DNA of 63,632 nt, the filler included, from Trichomonas gallinae (lineage: Eukaryota), in assembly GCA_008369845.1 (NCBI GenBank). It is 9 parts of 9 records of this genome, joined end to end, with 100 filler letters (N's around TTAATTAATTAA, not from the genome) between each part and the next. Parts side by side here need not be neighbours in the genome. Positions count along the whole stretch, not along the records: positions 10,882 to 27,940 come from MRSU01001050.1; 8 more parts are not named here. One strand, written 5' to 3'. This document shows positions 11,129 to 22,379 of the stretch, piece after piece. The translations under genes and the position numbers were made by a program. Each line of letters opens with the position of its first letter. Positions within the stretch are counted from its first letter, which is position 1. The notes beneath the pieces were generated by a model, which saw nothing but the letters and a program-made list of their open reading frames with translations, was not told the origin of the DNA and did not search any database.

Positions 11129-13285
11129 TTACGCGTTTTGGATAGTAACATCAGATTCGGAGCTGTCTGGCTCGCTTTCCATTGGAGGCTCTTCAGTTCC
11201 GTCGTAGTTTGGAGCCCTCATCAATGTTGCTTCTGGTTCATCATCATCTTCAGCTTTAGATTCTTTCTTCTTTTTCTCTTCTTCTTTTCTTTGTTTCCTT
11301 TCTGCTCTGCGGGCCTCTCGTTCCTGCTTCTTCTTCTCTTTAAGTAGCTGGCGAACGAAATCACCGCGAAGAAGCGGGCGAGTTGTAGGGCGATTAGTCC
11401 TATAATAGCAATATGACGGATATCTCGCATTCAAATCAATAACAATTTCCTCGCTGTCGGAAGATGAGTAGTCCGAATAATCCGAATATGATGATGAAGA
11501 TTCTTGTTTCGGCTTTTCTTCGAATTTCTCATCAACAACTGGCTTTTCGTCTTCGTCCTCATCTTCGTCGCTTTGTGCTGGAGGAGCAATAAACGGTGGA
11601 ACAGAGAAATCATCTTCTGTGGGTTTCGGCCTTTCTGGGCTTTCTGGATATGCAGGTGGAGCCAATAATAATGACGGAGGAGGAAGTATGCCGAATGATC
11701 CATAGCTCGGGATGCCCATTCCACCAGGAGAAAGAGGCGAAGGTTCCATTCCAATTCTGTTTGGCACAGGAGTTGATAAAATAGTGTCTGATTCCAAGGC
11801 ACTTGGTGGCATGAATGATGATTTCTTTGGAGGAAGGCTTTGCGGGCCGGATGCTAGTACAGGGAAGCTATCGAATACTCCATTATTATTCTGATACATG
11901 CCTTCAAGTGGCTTAGATGTTGCGTTTGAAGGAGATCTGATTCTGAATGAATCGCTTGTTGTTAATTTGCGGGATCTGAGTGATATTGGGTTGATAATAT
12001 TGTTGTATGATTCTATTTGATTGGCAGCGCGTGTTGTTGAAATATGCTGTACATAAATATCAATATTATTTGTAATTTCGTCCAAAAATTGCTGAGCTTC
12101 CTCTTGGCTGATTGACTCTGAAATCTGCATTTCAAACTCTGGCTCAACATCATAGTTTTGGGTGAAATATACTAACAACGATTGATCTTGAAAATGATCC
12201 TTGATTGTTTCATCGCAAAGAATGATTTCGAATATAAACTTCAGCATTAAAATCGATTTATCATGTCCTGTCATGTCATTATGAGACATTGCATTGTAAA
12301 CTACATAAATAATATATTTAATAAGTCCGCCGAATTCCGCTTTCGGGAATAGAGATACGTCGTGATTTTGCTTGTATTCGTTTGCAAATTGGGAGAATCC
12401 TGGATCATCCATGAAGACTTTTGTGAGAATTTCGAACATGAAACATCTCTGAGTGAAAGCATTTGATAAGTCATGGTTCAAAAAGTATTGGAAGAACCAC
12501 ACTTTAAGAATATGAACGAGATTTGTATCTGCAGCGTGAATCCAGGCGTTTACATAATTTTTTTGTGTTTCTGTGCGAACATTTTCATTTGCGAGGATAT
12601 AAAGCATTGAAGGGTTTTCGAAATGGTATCTGTATAGCGACAAAGTGTTTTCTGAGACTTTGGGATAACCAACTCTTGCTAAAAACGATCTGAAGAAATC
12701 TTCAAATGGTTGTTGAGACTTTGCCTGGAAGGCATTGATCAGGAACTTCTGGAATTCGCTGTCCTTGCCACCGAGAGCGCCAGTTGTTGAGTTTTTCGAG
12801 ATTGCAGAAAATTTATGAACGGAGTTATCCTCTAATGTATATGAAACAATCAATCCTTTGATGGTCATCATTCCAGTGGTGTAGCATGAAGTAGCAAATC
12901 CAGTATCTGGAAAATAAAAGTAAAATTGCCCGTTCAAATATATAAACCAGAACTGTCTCTCTTGTCCATCTAACTCTCTTGCGAATGTAAACCATGTTCT
13001 CGAAGTTTTTGCGCGAAAATTTGCAAGTGCGAAGTCCCAAGAATTAATTATTTGGCCTTTGCGGACATTTCTAGCAGGAGTAATATCGAATGCATCGAAT
13101 TTCGGCGATTCTGGTGATGGCTGTGAGTCAGGAATGTGTTTAGCACTGTTTATTATCGGCGGATTAAAATTTCGAATCAGAAGCTCATCGCGCTCGAAAT
13201 AGAGTGCGATATTAGGAATGAACTGGTCTGACTTCTTCATCAGCAAGTCTATCAGTTTGTCATTCTGAGCTTCGGGAATATTCAT
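11129..13285 (-). CDS. Hypothetical protein (globular N-half, Pro-rich and acidic/basic C-half)
   Basis: 718-aa ATG ORF with coding-like composition. Possible PH-like beta region at aa 85-190 is uncertain. Confidence 0.8.
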   Translation of the reverse strand: MNIPEAQNDKLIDLLMKKSDQFIPNIALYFERDELLIRNFNPPIINSAKHIPDSQPSPESPKFDAFDITPARNVRKGQIINSWDFALANFRAKTSRTWFTFARELDGQERQFWFIYLNGQFYFYFPDTGFATSCYTTGMMTIKGLIVSYTLEDNSVHKFSAISKNSTTGALGGKDSEFQKFLINAFQAKSQQPFEDFFRSFLARVGYPKVSENTLSLYRYHFENPSMLYILANENVRTETQKNYVNAWIHAADTNLVHILKVWFFQYFLNHDLSNAFTQRCFMFEILTKVFMDDPGFSQFANEYKQNHDVSLFPKAEFGGLIKYIIYVVYNAMSHNDMTGHDKSILMLKFIFEIILCDETIKDHFQDQSLLVYFTQNYDVEPEFEMQISESISQEEAQQFLDEITNNIDIYVQHISTTRAANQIESYNNIINPISLRSRKLTTSDSFRIRSPSNATSKPLEGMYQNNNGVFDSFPVLASGPQSLPPKKSSFMPPSALESDTILSTPVPNRIGMEPSPLSPGGMGIPSYGSFGILPPPSLLLAPPAYPESPERPKPTEDDFSVPPFIAPPAQSDEDEDEDEKPVVDEKFEEKPKQESSSSYSDYSDYSSSDSEEIVIDLNARYPSYCYYRTNRPTTRPLLRGDFVRQLLKEKKKQEREARRAERKQRKEEEKKKKESKAEDDDEPEATLMRAPNYDGTEEPPMESEPDSSESDVTIQNA

Positions 13286-13854
13286 TTTTTTTTACAAAAA
13301 TTGGTAAATGAGGGGCCTGAAAAAATAAGCAGGGGTTATTTTCCAATATCTTTTTTAAGTCTTTTATAATTATGCTATATATCTATACTTATGAAATATA
13401 TACTTAAAATAGTAAAATACAAGATAATAAAATTTTTTATTTATTAAATCAGCATATTTTATCGATAATATATGCTCCTTCAATTTATTTTTTATATATT
13501 TATGTTACCCGTTATAGACGATTTTGATGTTTAATTTGATAAAAAATATTATTAGTTTTTCAGATTTAATTCTTCAGTCAAGTAGAAACATATCGGAATG
13601 TGATCCTTCAAGCTTAAAACATTCATCAAATGCAAAATTATAATTCTATATAGAATATATAGCAAAAAAATTGTCGACTAGCGCTAATAGATCATCTAAT
13701 GTGTACTAAATTATTTTTCTGTTGTATTTTACAATCTTTTTTTTTAATTTGATTCAAAAAAAAAAAGAATTAGATAAATTACACGTTACTTTTTAATGAT
13801 GATGTTATTCAAACATAGTTAAAATTGATTGTAATAAGTTACAATTAGGAAATT

Positions 13855-14922
13855 TTATAAATGATAGTATATGAAACAATATGCTATGAATGCGAAGCCT
13901 GCCACATTTCTATTCAATACTTGATAGTTCAAATAAAATGATCTGAAGGAATAAATTAACAAACCAAAAAATACGAGATTTGCATTGAATTGTTTTGTTG
14001 AATCAGACAAAAAATGTGATACATATATGCATGATATAATGGTTATAATCGCAAATGGGATGTTCGGCAAACTTGATTCTGGACGAACTAAATAAGAAGT
14101 AGATACGATGCCAGGAATAATGTGTCCATATACATGTTTGTTTCTAGTTATTGGAACGAGTCTATTATCTTGTATTTGCGCAAGAATTGAAAGTGAAGGT
14201 GGATTTAACACATTAATTTGGAATCTGCTATCTCCATGTGTGCATTGCTCGAATAACTTGTCCAATTCTGTTACTGAATCAGAATTTCCGATGCTATTAA
14301 TTAATACCAATATTAAATTAACAGCAATATTTATAAAAGGATCATTAACTTGAATGAATGCACGGTTATATGTTCCATAATGGCTTGAGAACACAGATTT
14401 TCTCATATATGAAGAAATATCATATCCGTGGCCTTTGTAAAACCATGAATTTCCAATATGCTCATGTTCCGTGACGCGTTTGATAACTAGAGTTTCGTGT
14501 CCTGTTGGTTTGTATATTTGTTTATAAAACGAATGTTTTATCAGATCTGTACTTACAGTATAATTGCCGACTTTGAATGGATAAATTATGACATTTGAGG
14601 ATTCATGTGGACTTTTCCACATAACTGTATCGCCGCGTCGATAGCATTCCGTCTGATTAATATAAAAATAAGCAGATTTTATGGTAATGTTGAATTCCTG
14701 GTGAATTAGTGTAGGGTAGCTCGGATCAGTTGATTGAAGCATAACAATATCGCCATTTTTGACATTCGTATCTTTATTTAAATTTTTTACGTTCTTGAAA
14801 CTTGGATATCTATTTGATATGTCGATCATTTTCGATCGTGTAGTGTAGAGGAATAATAAAATAACAAGCAACGCGATATGCAATAATGAAAATACTCTAA
14901 AACGATTCAGATCTATCCTCAT
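13855..14922 (-). CDS. Hypothetical membrane protein (N-terminal anchor, about 3 C-terminal TM helices)
   Basis: Start moved to MRIDLNRF (14922) because a TCACT Inr lies 12-16 nt upstream; 355 aa. Confidence 0.75.
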   Translation of the reverse strand: MRIDLNRFRVFSLLHIALLVILLFLYTTRSKMIDISNRYPSFKNVKNLNKDTNVKNGDIVMLQSTDPSYPTLIHQEFNITIKSAYFYINQTECYRRGDTVMWKSPHESSNVIIYPFKVGNYTVSTDLIKHSFYKQIYKPTGHETLVIKRVTEHEHIGNSWFYKGHGYDISSYMRKSVFSSHYGTYNRAFIQVNDPFINIAVNLILVLINSIGNSDSVTELDKLFEQCTHGDSRFQINVLNPPSLSILAQIQDNRLVPITRNKHVYGHIIPGIVSTSYLVRPESSLPNIPFAIITIISCIYVSHFLSDSTKQFNANLVFFGLLIYSFRSFYLNYQVLNRNVAGFAFIAYCFIYYHL

Positions 14923-14933
14923 CCTAAATAAAA

Positions 14934-14938
14934 AGTGA
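14934..14938 (-). promoter_or_regulatory. Initiator (Inr) TCACT
   Basis: Matches the trichomonad TCAYW Inr, within 20 nt of ATG 14922. Confidence 0.6.
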
Positions 14939-15723
14939 CTGAAATTTAGTCGTTTGGTTTCTAGTTTTGACGCAACAAAACACGTGTTCATGCTTTATAT
15001 CCTGTTTTTTACAAAAACAAGCATTTTCATTTTTATATGTTCTCGAGAGAAACATCATTAGGCAAAAGTAATATAATAGACAACATAAACTAGTAGATTA
15101 GTACATAAACTGTAGCAATTTATGAGATATTCAAAAAGATAATTTTGAGATTAAAATTCAACTTCGTTGAAGCAATGCTTCATCATAAGTGAATGTATAT
15201 ATCGATGTGATACTAATAAATTATCAATTATTGGAAAAACTAACATTGATTTAGTTGTTTCGTGAGGAATGAATTTTATCAACAAATATATCATTTATTC
15301 GATGTGTGTTAGCGAAATTTACAATGAGCACTCGCAAATAGTCAATAAAACGATTTTTGGATTTATTTTTAACTTGATTCGTTGTTCTCTTTAGATATAT
15401 ATCGATAAATCTTATATATTTAATAGTACTTGTGACCTCAGACTAATAAAATCAATATTTCTAATTAGAAATTAATATATGTTGAAAACCATGCTATTGG
15501 GAAATAGGTATGTTCATCTTTGTGGTGATGGATGATGACAAACTAGGATTGCAAATCAAATTAAGGAATAAAAATTTTGAAAATATAAATTGATGCAAAA
15601 CCAGTCATTTTCTGTTGAACATAATAAAAATTTGCTTGTGTTTTGATTAAACGTTATAATTAAAATAAGAATAGAATAACATTTATTCAAATTAGAAATA
15701 ACATCGATAAAATGATCCACAAA

Positions 15724-16881
15724 TCAGACTGCTTTGGTAAATTCCTCACGAGTGTTGGAAATAAACTGATTAATTTCTGTGCTGTTGAGTGTGAGGTATT
15801 CTTGAGCGAGTTTCATGCTGGATTTGCGCGGAATCAGCATTAAAAAGTATATGAATAGAACAACCGTTACCAACAGTGCATGATTGAGCCATTTTGGATA
15901 AAAGACTCTCGGATCAGTCATTGCGAGAATAATATAAACAATAAGACAAAGCAAAATTCCGAACACATAGAAAGGATATCTTTTCCTTTTCGCCGATGAA
16001 TAGAGATATGTGCGCAATTTACTATCGATTAAAGAATTATCTTCTTCAAGTTTGTCTACTGAGTGTTGGACCATGATTTTGACTTCTTCTCTGATAGGAT
16101 CTATGAATGGCTTCTGCAAATCTCCAACTTCTTCAATATTAGAAACATGCGCTTGAATAGATTGCAAAACAGGATCTGGGACATCATCATACTTCCCAAC
16201 AATCTTGTATATTTCGCTTGTTCTATCTGATACTGTTTGATTTAAGTCAGATGTGTCATGACTCAGATCAGCTTTGTTCAAAAAGAACTTTATCTTTCTA
16301 TAATGTGGTCTATATATTGTGTGTATTGCATCTTTAAATGATTGCAGCTCAAGTGTTTGAACTGGGTCGACTAAAACATAAATTAAATCCGCAACTTTTG
16401 CTAACTCTGAGATATATTTAGTTATATTCGGTGTTTCGATCGAATATCCTGGTGTATCTATTAATATGATTGAGTCTGTTCGATCGAGCTGAGTTTTAAC
16501 CGTTTTAATTTCGATATCAGATTTATTTTTGAGCAAAAGCGGGCATTGATCTAAAAACGTTAAATTTTGTTTGAATGTTGAGAGTGTTGATGTTGTTGTC
16601 TGGATTCCAGACTTAATGATAGTAATTTTAGTTGTTGCACGCGATAATGAAACTTTTTGTACATCTGCCCCGAAGAAATAGTTAATAAGTGTCGATTTAC
16701 CTGTAGAGTGAAGCCCCATTAACAAAACAATTATATCTTTCTTCGGTGGAGTGATTTTTAACTTTAAAAAAGATGATTTTGATATCGACAGCATGCCTCT
16801 CCCATTCTCTTCGTAGAACTGGCTCAATTCATTTAATATTTTTTTAAATCTCGACTTAGGTTTTTCTTCGACTTCAGTCAT
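15724..16881 (-). CDS. EHD/sarcalumenin-like dynamin-superfamily P-loop NTPase with C-terminal TM hairpin
   Basis: G1 GLHSTGKS, G2 ATT, G3 IDTPG, G4 FLNKAD; two hydrophobic helices at about aa 303-350; no EH domain. Confidence 0.8.
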   Translation of the reverse strand: MTEVEEKPKSRFKKILNELSQFYEENGRGMLSISKSSFLKLKITPPKKDIIVLLMGLHSTGKSTLINYFFGADVQKVSLSRATTKITIIKSGIQTTTSTLSTFKQNLTFLDQCPLLLKNKSDIEIKTVKTQLDRTDSIILIDTPGYSIETPNITKYISELAKVADLIYVLVDPVQTLELQSFKDAIHTIYRPHYRKIKFFLNKADLSHDTSDLNQTVSDRTSEIYKIVGKYDDVPDPVLQSIQAHVSNIEEVGDLQKPFIDPIREEVKIMVQHSVDKLEEDNSLIDSKLRTYLYSSAKRKRYPFYVFGILLCLIVYIILAMTDPRVFYPKWLNHALLVTVVLFIYFLMLIPRKSSMKLAQEYLTLNSTEINQFISNTREEFTKAV

Positions 16882-17019
16882 AGAAAAATATTTACGTTTA
16901 ATTTATACAAAAATGACAAGTAAAATAGGATTTGCCATATTTACATAGCAAATTAATTTCTATATAATTGACAAGTAAAATTATATTTGTCATTTTACGT
17001 GGCAAATTGATACTTTTAA

Positions 17020-17027
17020 AAAGTGAC
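17020..17027 (+). promoter_or_regulatory. AAAGTGAC core-promoter motif (trichomonad M2-like)
   Basis: Lies 3 nt before ATG 17031. The same motif precedes ATG 40221 and the ORFs ending at 56877 and 58068. Confidence 0.55.
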
Positions 17028-17030
17028 ATA

Positions 17031-17519
17031 ATGAGTGCAACCAGTTCTTTTGCACAACAGAGACTTCAAGAAGAGCGATCGAGATGGCGCAAGGATCATC
17101 CCCCGGGTTTCGTTGCTCGTCCAAACAAAATGAAAAATGGTGAGTTAGACCTCTTTCACTGGGAATGTCTGATTCCAGGTCCAGAAAAAAGCGATTGGGA
17201 AGGTGGCTTTTACAGGCTTACACTTGAATTCCCTCCAACATATCCTGTAGCTGCTCCAGTTGCTAGATTTGACCCACTTGTTCCACATATTAACGTTTTC
17301 CCATCAGGAAAAGTCTGCTTATCTATTCTTACAGATGGATGGAAACCATCTATTAATCTTAGACAGATTCTTATCGGTATCCAGAAACTTCTGATTGAAC
17401 CAAATCCAGAGAGCCCGGCTAGCCAGCCAAACTATGATAACTTTATGATGAACCCAGCCCTCTACAAGCAGAACATCAGAAACCACGCAAAAGCGCATAC
17501 AAAGAATGTTTTGGATTAA
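17031..17519 (+). CDS. UBC9: SUMO-conjugating enzyme Ubc9
   Basis: RLQEERSRWRKDHPPGFVARP, WECLIPG, WEGG, HINVFPSGKVCLSIL (catalytic Cys), WKPSINLRQILIGIQ; ATG at 17031, 162 aa. Confidence 0.93.
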   Translation: MSATSSFAQQRLQEERSRWRKDHPPGFVARPNKMKNGELDLFHWECLIPGPEKSDWEGGFYRLTLEFPPTYPVAAPVARFDPLVPHINVFPSGKVCLSILTDGWKPSINLRQILIGIQKLLIEPNPESPASQPNYDNFMMNPALYKQNIRNHAKAHTKNVLD

Positions 17520-17821
17520 AATTGTTTGCACGTCAAAATCAAATACAAAACCAATAGATATATGGTGAGTAAATCTTTCCTTTAAAAATCCAGCAAATTT
17601 TATATATTCATTAAAAATTATTTTGCCTTTTTGTAATCACATATGAATAAAACTCTTTTATTCAAGATGTTGAGTGAGTTTTTTTATTGGTTTTTGCTAT
17701 ATTTAATAATAAGGTTATTTGATTAATTGATTTCTGGACAATACTAAATAGAAAAATATCATATATAGGTCATAAGGAAGCTATTGGATTGTTTTTGAAT
17801 CATTTTTAATTTATAACGTGC

Positions 17822-18946
17822 ATGGATCAACTTGCTCTTTACAGGCAACAAAAAGAAAAGGAAGATATTTTGATGCTGAGGGAGTCGTTCAAGCAGCTTG
17901 GCAAGCTAGAAGAAGAATGCACTCAAGAGCTTTCTAACTTTCAAAGAGAAAATTTTATTGCGCACGAAGAATTTAGAGCTATTGCAGCAGGAATTTTTGA
18001 TTCAATAGACAACTTCAGTCAGTCAATAAATCAAGAATTAGATAAGCTACAACTCAAAATTAATCAACTCGAAACAATTGCAATGCATGCATTCAACATT
18101 CATTCACAGCAAATCATTTACTCCCCTGGTGCAACACATATTGCTTGCTCAAACAAATTCATCTACATTGCGCAAATTGATGGAGTAATTACTGCGCATG
18201 ATCAAATATCATACAACATTGTGCATCAAACTGATCATAGATATTACGATTCTTACAGTAATTATGGGAAAATTACATGTTTTAACTATACAAAGCAATT
18301 GATTGTTGGATTTTTCAACGGTATGGTATTAATATTCTCTGATGATCTGAAAACAATCAAGCAGCTTAACTATATAACAGTGTCAATTTCAGCAATACAC
18401 CAGTTCCAAGAAGTAATCATTGTTGGCGCGTCAAACGGCTTAGTTGTTTTGTGGAATGCGAACACATTAGAACGCCTCATGATTTATGCTGGTCACAGAC
18501 TCTCAATTGCATCTATTATTGATGATGGCACAGATTTAATTATCGCAGGAAGAACAGGCATCGTCACGAAGCACAACAAACTATGCCAGAAAGAATTGGA
18601 AAGATTCCAGATTGGCAAATCTCTGCTCCAACTTCTTTCAATCAAAGGAACAACATTTGCATCAATTACAGATTGTCTTTTAGTTTGGGATGGCAAGCAT
18701 ATCATTAAGACATTCAATGCTATTGACATAGGATCTAATCCTATCGCATGCATGAAGCCTCCTGAGCTTCTTTTACTTGGTAATAGGCAATCAACAGAAT
18801 TGAAGCTTATTTTCCTCGAATCTCTCTTATTCCCAAAGACAGTAAATGTATTAGACAAGCCTCCTGTAGAAATGATCCACCATGGCTCAGTTTTTTACGT
18901 TCTCACTAAAGGTGGACATATTTATGTTATTCAGCCAGGTCAATAA
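17822..18946 (+). CDS. Coiled-coil plus WD40-like beta-propeller protein
   Basis: 374 aa; N-terminal heptads; IIVGASNGLVVLWN, GH and LLVWD blade-like motifs. Confidence 0.75.
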   Translation: MDQLALYRQQKEKEDILMLRESFKQLGKLEEECTQELSNFQRENFIAHEEFRAIAAGIFDSIDNFSQSINQELDKLQLKINQLETIAMHAFNIHSQQIIYSPGATHIACSNKFIYIAQIDGVITAHDQISYNIVHQTDHRYYDSYSNYGKITCFNYTKQLIVGFFNGMVLIFSDDLKTIKQLNYITVSISAIHQFQEVIIVGASNGLVVLWNANTLERLMIYAGHRLSIASIIDDGTDLIIAGRTGIVTKHNKLCQKELERFQIGKSLLQLLSIKGTTFASITDCLLVWDGKHIIKTFNAIDIGSNPIACMKPPELLLLGNRQSTELKLIFLESLLFPKTVNVLDKPPVEMIHHGSVFYVLTKGGHIYVIQPGQ

Positions 18947-19136
18947 GACGCTTTGCATATATGAATTGTTCTGTTTGTATATAAATAACAATTATTTTCA
19001 AGTTTTTTGTTGAATATTTTTCAAATTTCTTAAAATCGCAATAAGAACTATTTTTTGCTGTTGTTGTTTAATTAAAAAACAAATATATTTGAGATACTTT
19101 TAATAAACATGTCTAATTATCTAATATAAAACAAAA

Positions 19137-20213
19137 TTAATTAAAATCGAAAAATTGTTTGGCATCACGATCGATTTCGATTCCACGTATCTTATCATGA
19201 AGCTGGGCATTCTCTGCGAGAATCTCTGCAAGCCTGGTTTTATTTTTGTTTGCAATGTCGTTGAAGAGGCCAATTTGGCTGTTTGTGGAATCAAATGATT
19301 CGATTTTTCCTGTTGATGATGTTGAACTTCTATGCATTTTGCGTTTTAACGTATTTAATTGATATAAAACTTTGTTCTTTCTGTCTAAAAGAGTTCGTTT
19401 CTTATTTTCTATATCCATTAGCTCACTCTTCAGTGTTTCAACATCAACAAACTTTTGTGCGGACAAGTCTGCCAATCTTGCATATAAATTATCTCTTTCT
19501 ATTGCAATATCGCGGCTGGATGTGCATCTAGTGGTAATACTGGGTGTCTGTGTGCGCACAAATGACTCGATTCTTGAATGTCTTTTTTCTTGATCATCAT
19601 CAAAAGCTGTTCCAAGGGAAGACAAGGTATTTCTTCTTATTGTCTCCTGAGTTATATCATCGTGGAGAGTTTTTTCCCTAATGATGTCGTTCGTTTGTAA
19701 TACTTCTGGATCGAAAACTGGCCACATTTTTGGCTGATTTAGCTCTGGTGGATCTTTAAGAACGATTTCGAGTAACCTGTTGTATAGGTTTGTGTTTCTG
19801 CGTATAATATCTTCTGCATTTTCGCAAAAATCGCTGAAATTAAGTTGATTTTTTTCAATATTGTCGGAAAAAATATGGAAACTTGATGAAATGTCATGAA
19901 ATACTCTTGTCATTTCATTGCGCTTCTCTGGGGTCATCATTCCCTTTTCTTCTAGCATTAAGTGTAAAGTATCGATATTTATTTGCTCTCTTGGCCCAAT
20001 ATCAAGCTTTTTAAGGATTGGATGGGTCAAGCAATCTGATGGAAACATTTTTTTGATTTCTTCTAGTCTTATTTTAGAACCAGTCTTTTTTTCGTATTGG
20101 GAAAGCTCCTGAAGAAGCTGCAGACGGAAAATCCTCTCATAGCGACAGCACTGCTCCTGCTGCTTTTGAAGGTATTGTTTAACAGCAATCCTGACTTTTG
20201 GAGTGCTGTGCAT
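19137..20213 (-). CDS. Hypothetical coiled-coil protein
   Basis: 358-aa ATG ORF with a heptad-rich C-terminal half. Confidence 0.75.
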   Translation of the reverse strand: MHSTPKVRIAVKQYLQKQQEQCCRYERIFRLQLLQELSQYEKKTGSKIRLEEIKKMFPSDCLTHPILKKLDIGPREQINIDTLHLMLEEKGMMTPEKRNEMTRVFHDISSSFHIFSDNIEKNQLNFSDFCENAEDIIRRNTNLYNRLLEIVLKDPPELNQPKMWPVFDPEVLQTNDIIREKTLHDDITQETIRRNTLSSLGTAFDDDQEKRHSRIESFVRTQTPSITTRCTSSRDIAIERDNLYARLADLSAQKFVDVETLKSELMDIENKKRTLLDRKNKVLYQLNTLKRKMHRSSTSSTGKIESFDSTNSQIGLFNDIANKNKTRLAEILAENAQLHDKIRGIEIDRDAKQFFDFN

Positions 20214-20536
20214 ATTTTTTTACACCGTTATTTTTGTTTAACTTCGTTTTCTTTACGTTTTACTACATAACATACTATGATAATTAAAATTCTTAATTAT
20301 TTTCAAGAATCTTGACGATTATTTTGTAACGAAAACAATTTGACATGTAATTATAATATTTACATGTCAGAAAGATAATAATTCAAAAGATTATTTGTCA
20401 ATTTAATAATTTTACGTTGCAAAAAATCATATTTGAATAAGTTACAAATCAAAAACAATATTTCAACAATTTACGTGTCAGGAATTAAATATTTCAATGA
20501 TTTATATTTCGAAAATCAAAATTACATGACAGAATA

Positions 20537-21148
20537 ATGGAGAAACAATTGATTAATGATAAGAAATTTGATAGCAGTATTAAATCCATTATTCAGAGAG
20601 ATTTCTTTCCAGAATTGAGCGAAACAAAGCCTCCGGATCCATCAACAGAGAAATTTACGCTTCAAACATTTTGTTCAACTTATGCTCCGCAATCTGACCA
20701 CGAATTCGTTGAAAAAACGCAAAGAGACAGGATTGTACAAATCAATTCTACACCTGCAGCAAAATTAGACAAAGAATTAGAAAATGATACAAGAAATAGA
20801 TTCAAAAGAGAAGCATTTAACTCTCTTTTTTATCAACCACAGCCTATAAAATATGAACCACAACTTGCTTTAACATATCAACAGAAGAAAAGACCTCAAA
20901 TTAGATTTGAAAACACACATCTTCATATTGCTGAAAAAATGCAGCCAAATATGCATATAAACTACCATCCATTCACTACAGAATCATCCACAACGGAAAG
21001 TGAAAGTGAATTTGAAGGAAGGTCTAAATATCGCTCTGAAATTATTAGATCCATTCCTGCTGGACGCTCATCATTAAAGAAAGAACGTCTTTCGCAGAAA
21101 AAACTAACACCAAAGGGTCGTGAATTGTTAGAAGCTCTTTCTAAATAG
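20537..21148 (+). CDS. ESS2: Splicing factor ESS2/DGCR14 (Es2) homolog, compact
   Basis: IKSIIQRDFFPEL hallmark motif followed by LQTFCSTY..S.HEF, NSLFY and I.FENT blocks in ESS2 order. Confidence 0.72.
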   Translation: MEKQLINDKKFDSSIKSIIQRDFFPELSETKPPDPSTEKFTLQTFCSTYAPQSDHEFVEKTQRDRIVQINSTPAAKLDKELENDTRNRFKREAFNSLFYQPQPIKYEPQLALTYQQKKRPQIRFENTHLHIAEKMQPNMHINYHPFTTESSTTESESEFEGRSKYRSEIIRSIPAGRSSLKKERLSQKKLTPKGRELLEALSK

Positions 21149-21278
21149 ATTTGTTTGTTTTATTCCATATTATTCCAAAATTGTTTTTATTATTTGAAGC
21201 ATATGATTAAATATATGAATTATGAAATATACTCATGGTTTATGTATGACATGATTGCATAAATCAAAGAAAACGAAA

Positions 21279-22213
21279 TTAATTTGAATTTGAAAAAAGT
21301 ATTGGTGCTTCAATCATTAGAAACCTTGAATATATATAAAATATGTCGTTGTAGTCTGCAAAAGTAGGATTACAAGTGTCAAATTGAACATCTTCGAAAT
21401 ATTGAATCAAAACATAAGTAATTGCATCCTTATTTTGGCTCACAACGACATCATTGGTAGTAAGTATAGAATGTGAAACAGCAGCATTGCAAACAAAAGA
21501 AGAAGAGTAAATTGTTATTTTTTCGTGACTATTTGAATCATACATTGAGATTAACTTAGTACAGTTGACTTCAAAATAACACTGGCTAAAAACAGCATTA
21601 GTTCCATTTCCAACAGTGAGAAATCCAAGTCCAACAGAATCAGTTGTAATATTAATAAAATTGCACATCTCAACATTATAATTTCCTTTATATAACTGCA
21701 ATGATGCACCTCCCTTATCATATCCGCAATTAATAAACAAATTATATCTTAAATCGTGATTTTCGAATTTAAAGTTCGCTAATGATGTTTGGTAAGTGCA
21801 TAATGAACTTGATGAGTTGAAGTGTGTCGTAAATCCATTTATTCCGAAATTATTCATTGCATAAGCACGTTGATAGGCAAGATTAGACGATGAATAGGAT
21901 ACATTGGCTCCATTTAAAAAGTAGCAAATTGCAACATGATAAGCAGAGTTTTGAAAAAAATTGTTGCATTTTAAATTTGCTGAACTTGCGTAAATTGTGC
22001 CATTTTTAGTCGTAGTACATTGCTGAAATGTTGACAGAAAGATGTGAATTGCTGGATTTCCAAGATATTTTATTGCTGTTCCATCATCATTTGTTTTCAA
22101 ATGATTAAACATGCATGATCGAACAGTATAACTGGAATTATTACTAAGTTCTAATCTATTTGTTGTATATCTCGAATTCATCAAAGATTCGAGAATATCA
22201 ACACGAAAAACAT
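21279..22213 (-). CDS. Beta-helix/Pmp-related trichomonad surface-family protein; signal-peptide ATG is out of frame
   Basis: Long frame 21279-22181 (GTAI, FxxC and GTIY motifs). The upstream Inr-associated ATG at 22213 encodes MFFVLIFSNL then TGA, one base out of register. Confidence 0.6.
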
Positions 22214-22379
22214 TAAATTATAATGAAATTAAGCAGAAATTTTTTGATATTTTCATATATATATATCTGTGTTTGATAAGCATGATATTGTTAAAATTTG
22301 AAAATAGAAAAAATGAAATATATTTTGCTAAAACTAATTTTTATAAAACAATAAGGTGTAGAAGAGTAATAACTATAGT

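Noticed and set aside
15301..15313. Minus-strand GCTAACACACATC resembling the trichomonad branch/3' splice motif RCTAACACACAG
   Set aside because: Lacks the terminal AG and is intergenic with no exon to join.
16968..17030. N-terminal extensions from TTG/upstream starts in the ORF track (UBC9, also CDC50, PMT, Nup-like, GGCT)
   Set aside because: They run through AT-rich promoter motifs; a downstream ATG with Inr or AAAGTGAC, or the family-typical N-terminus, fits better.
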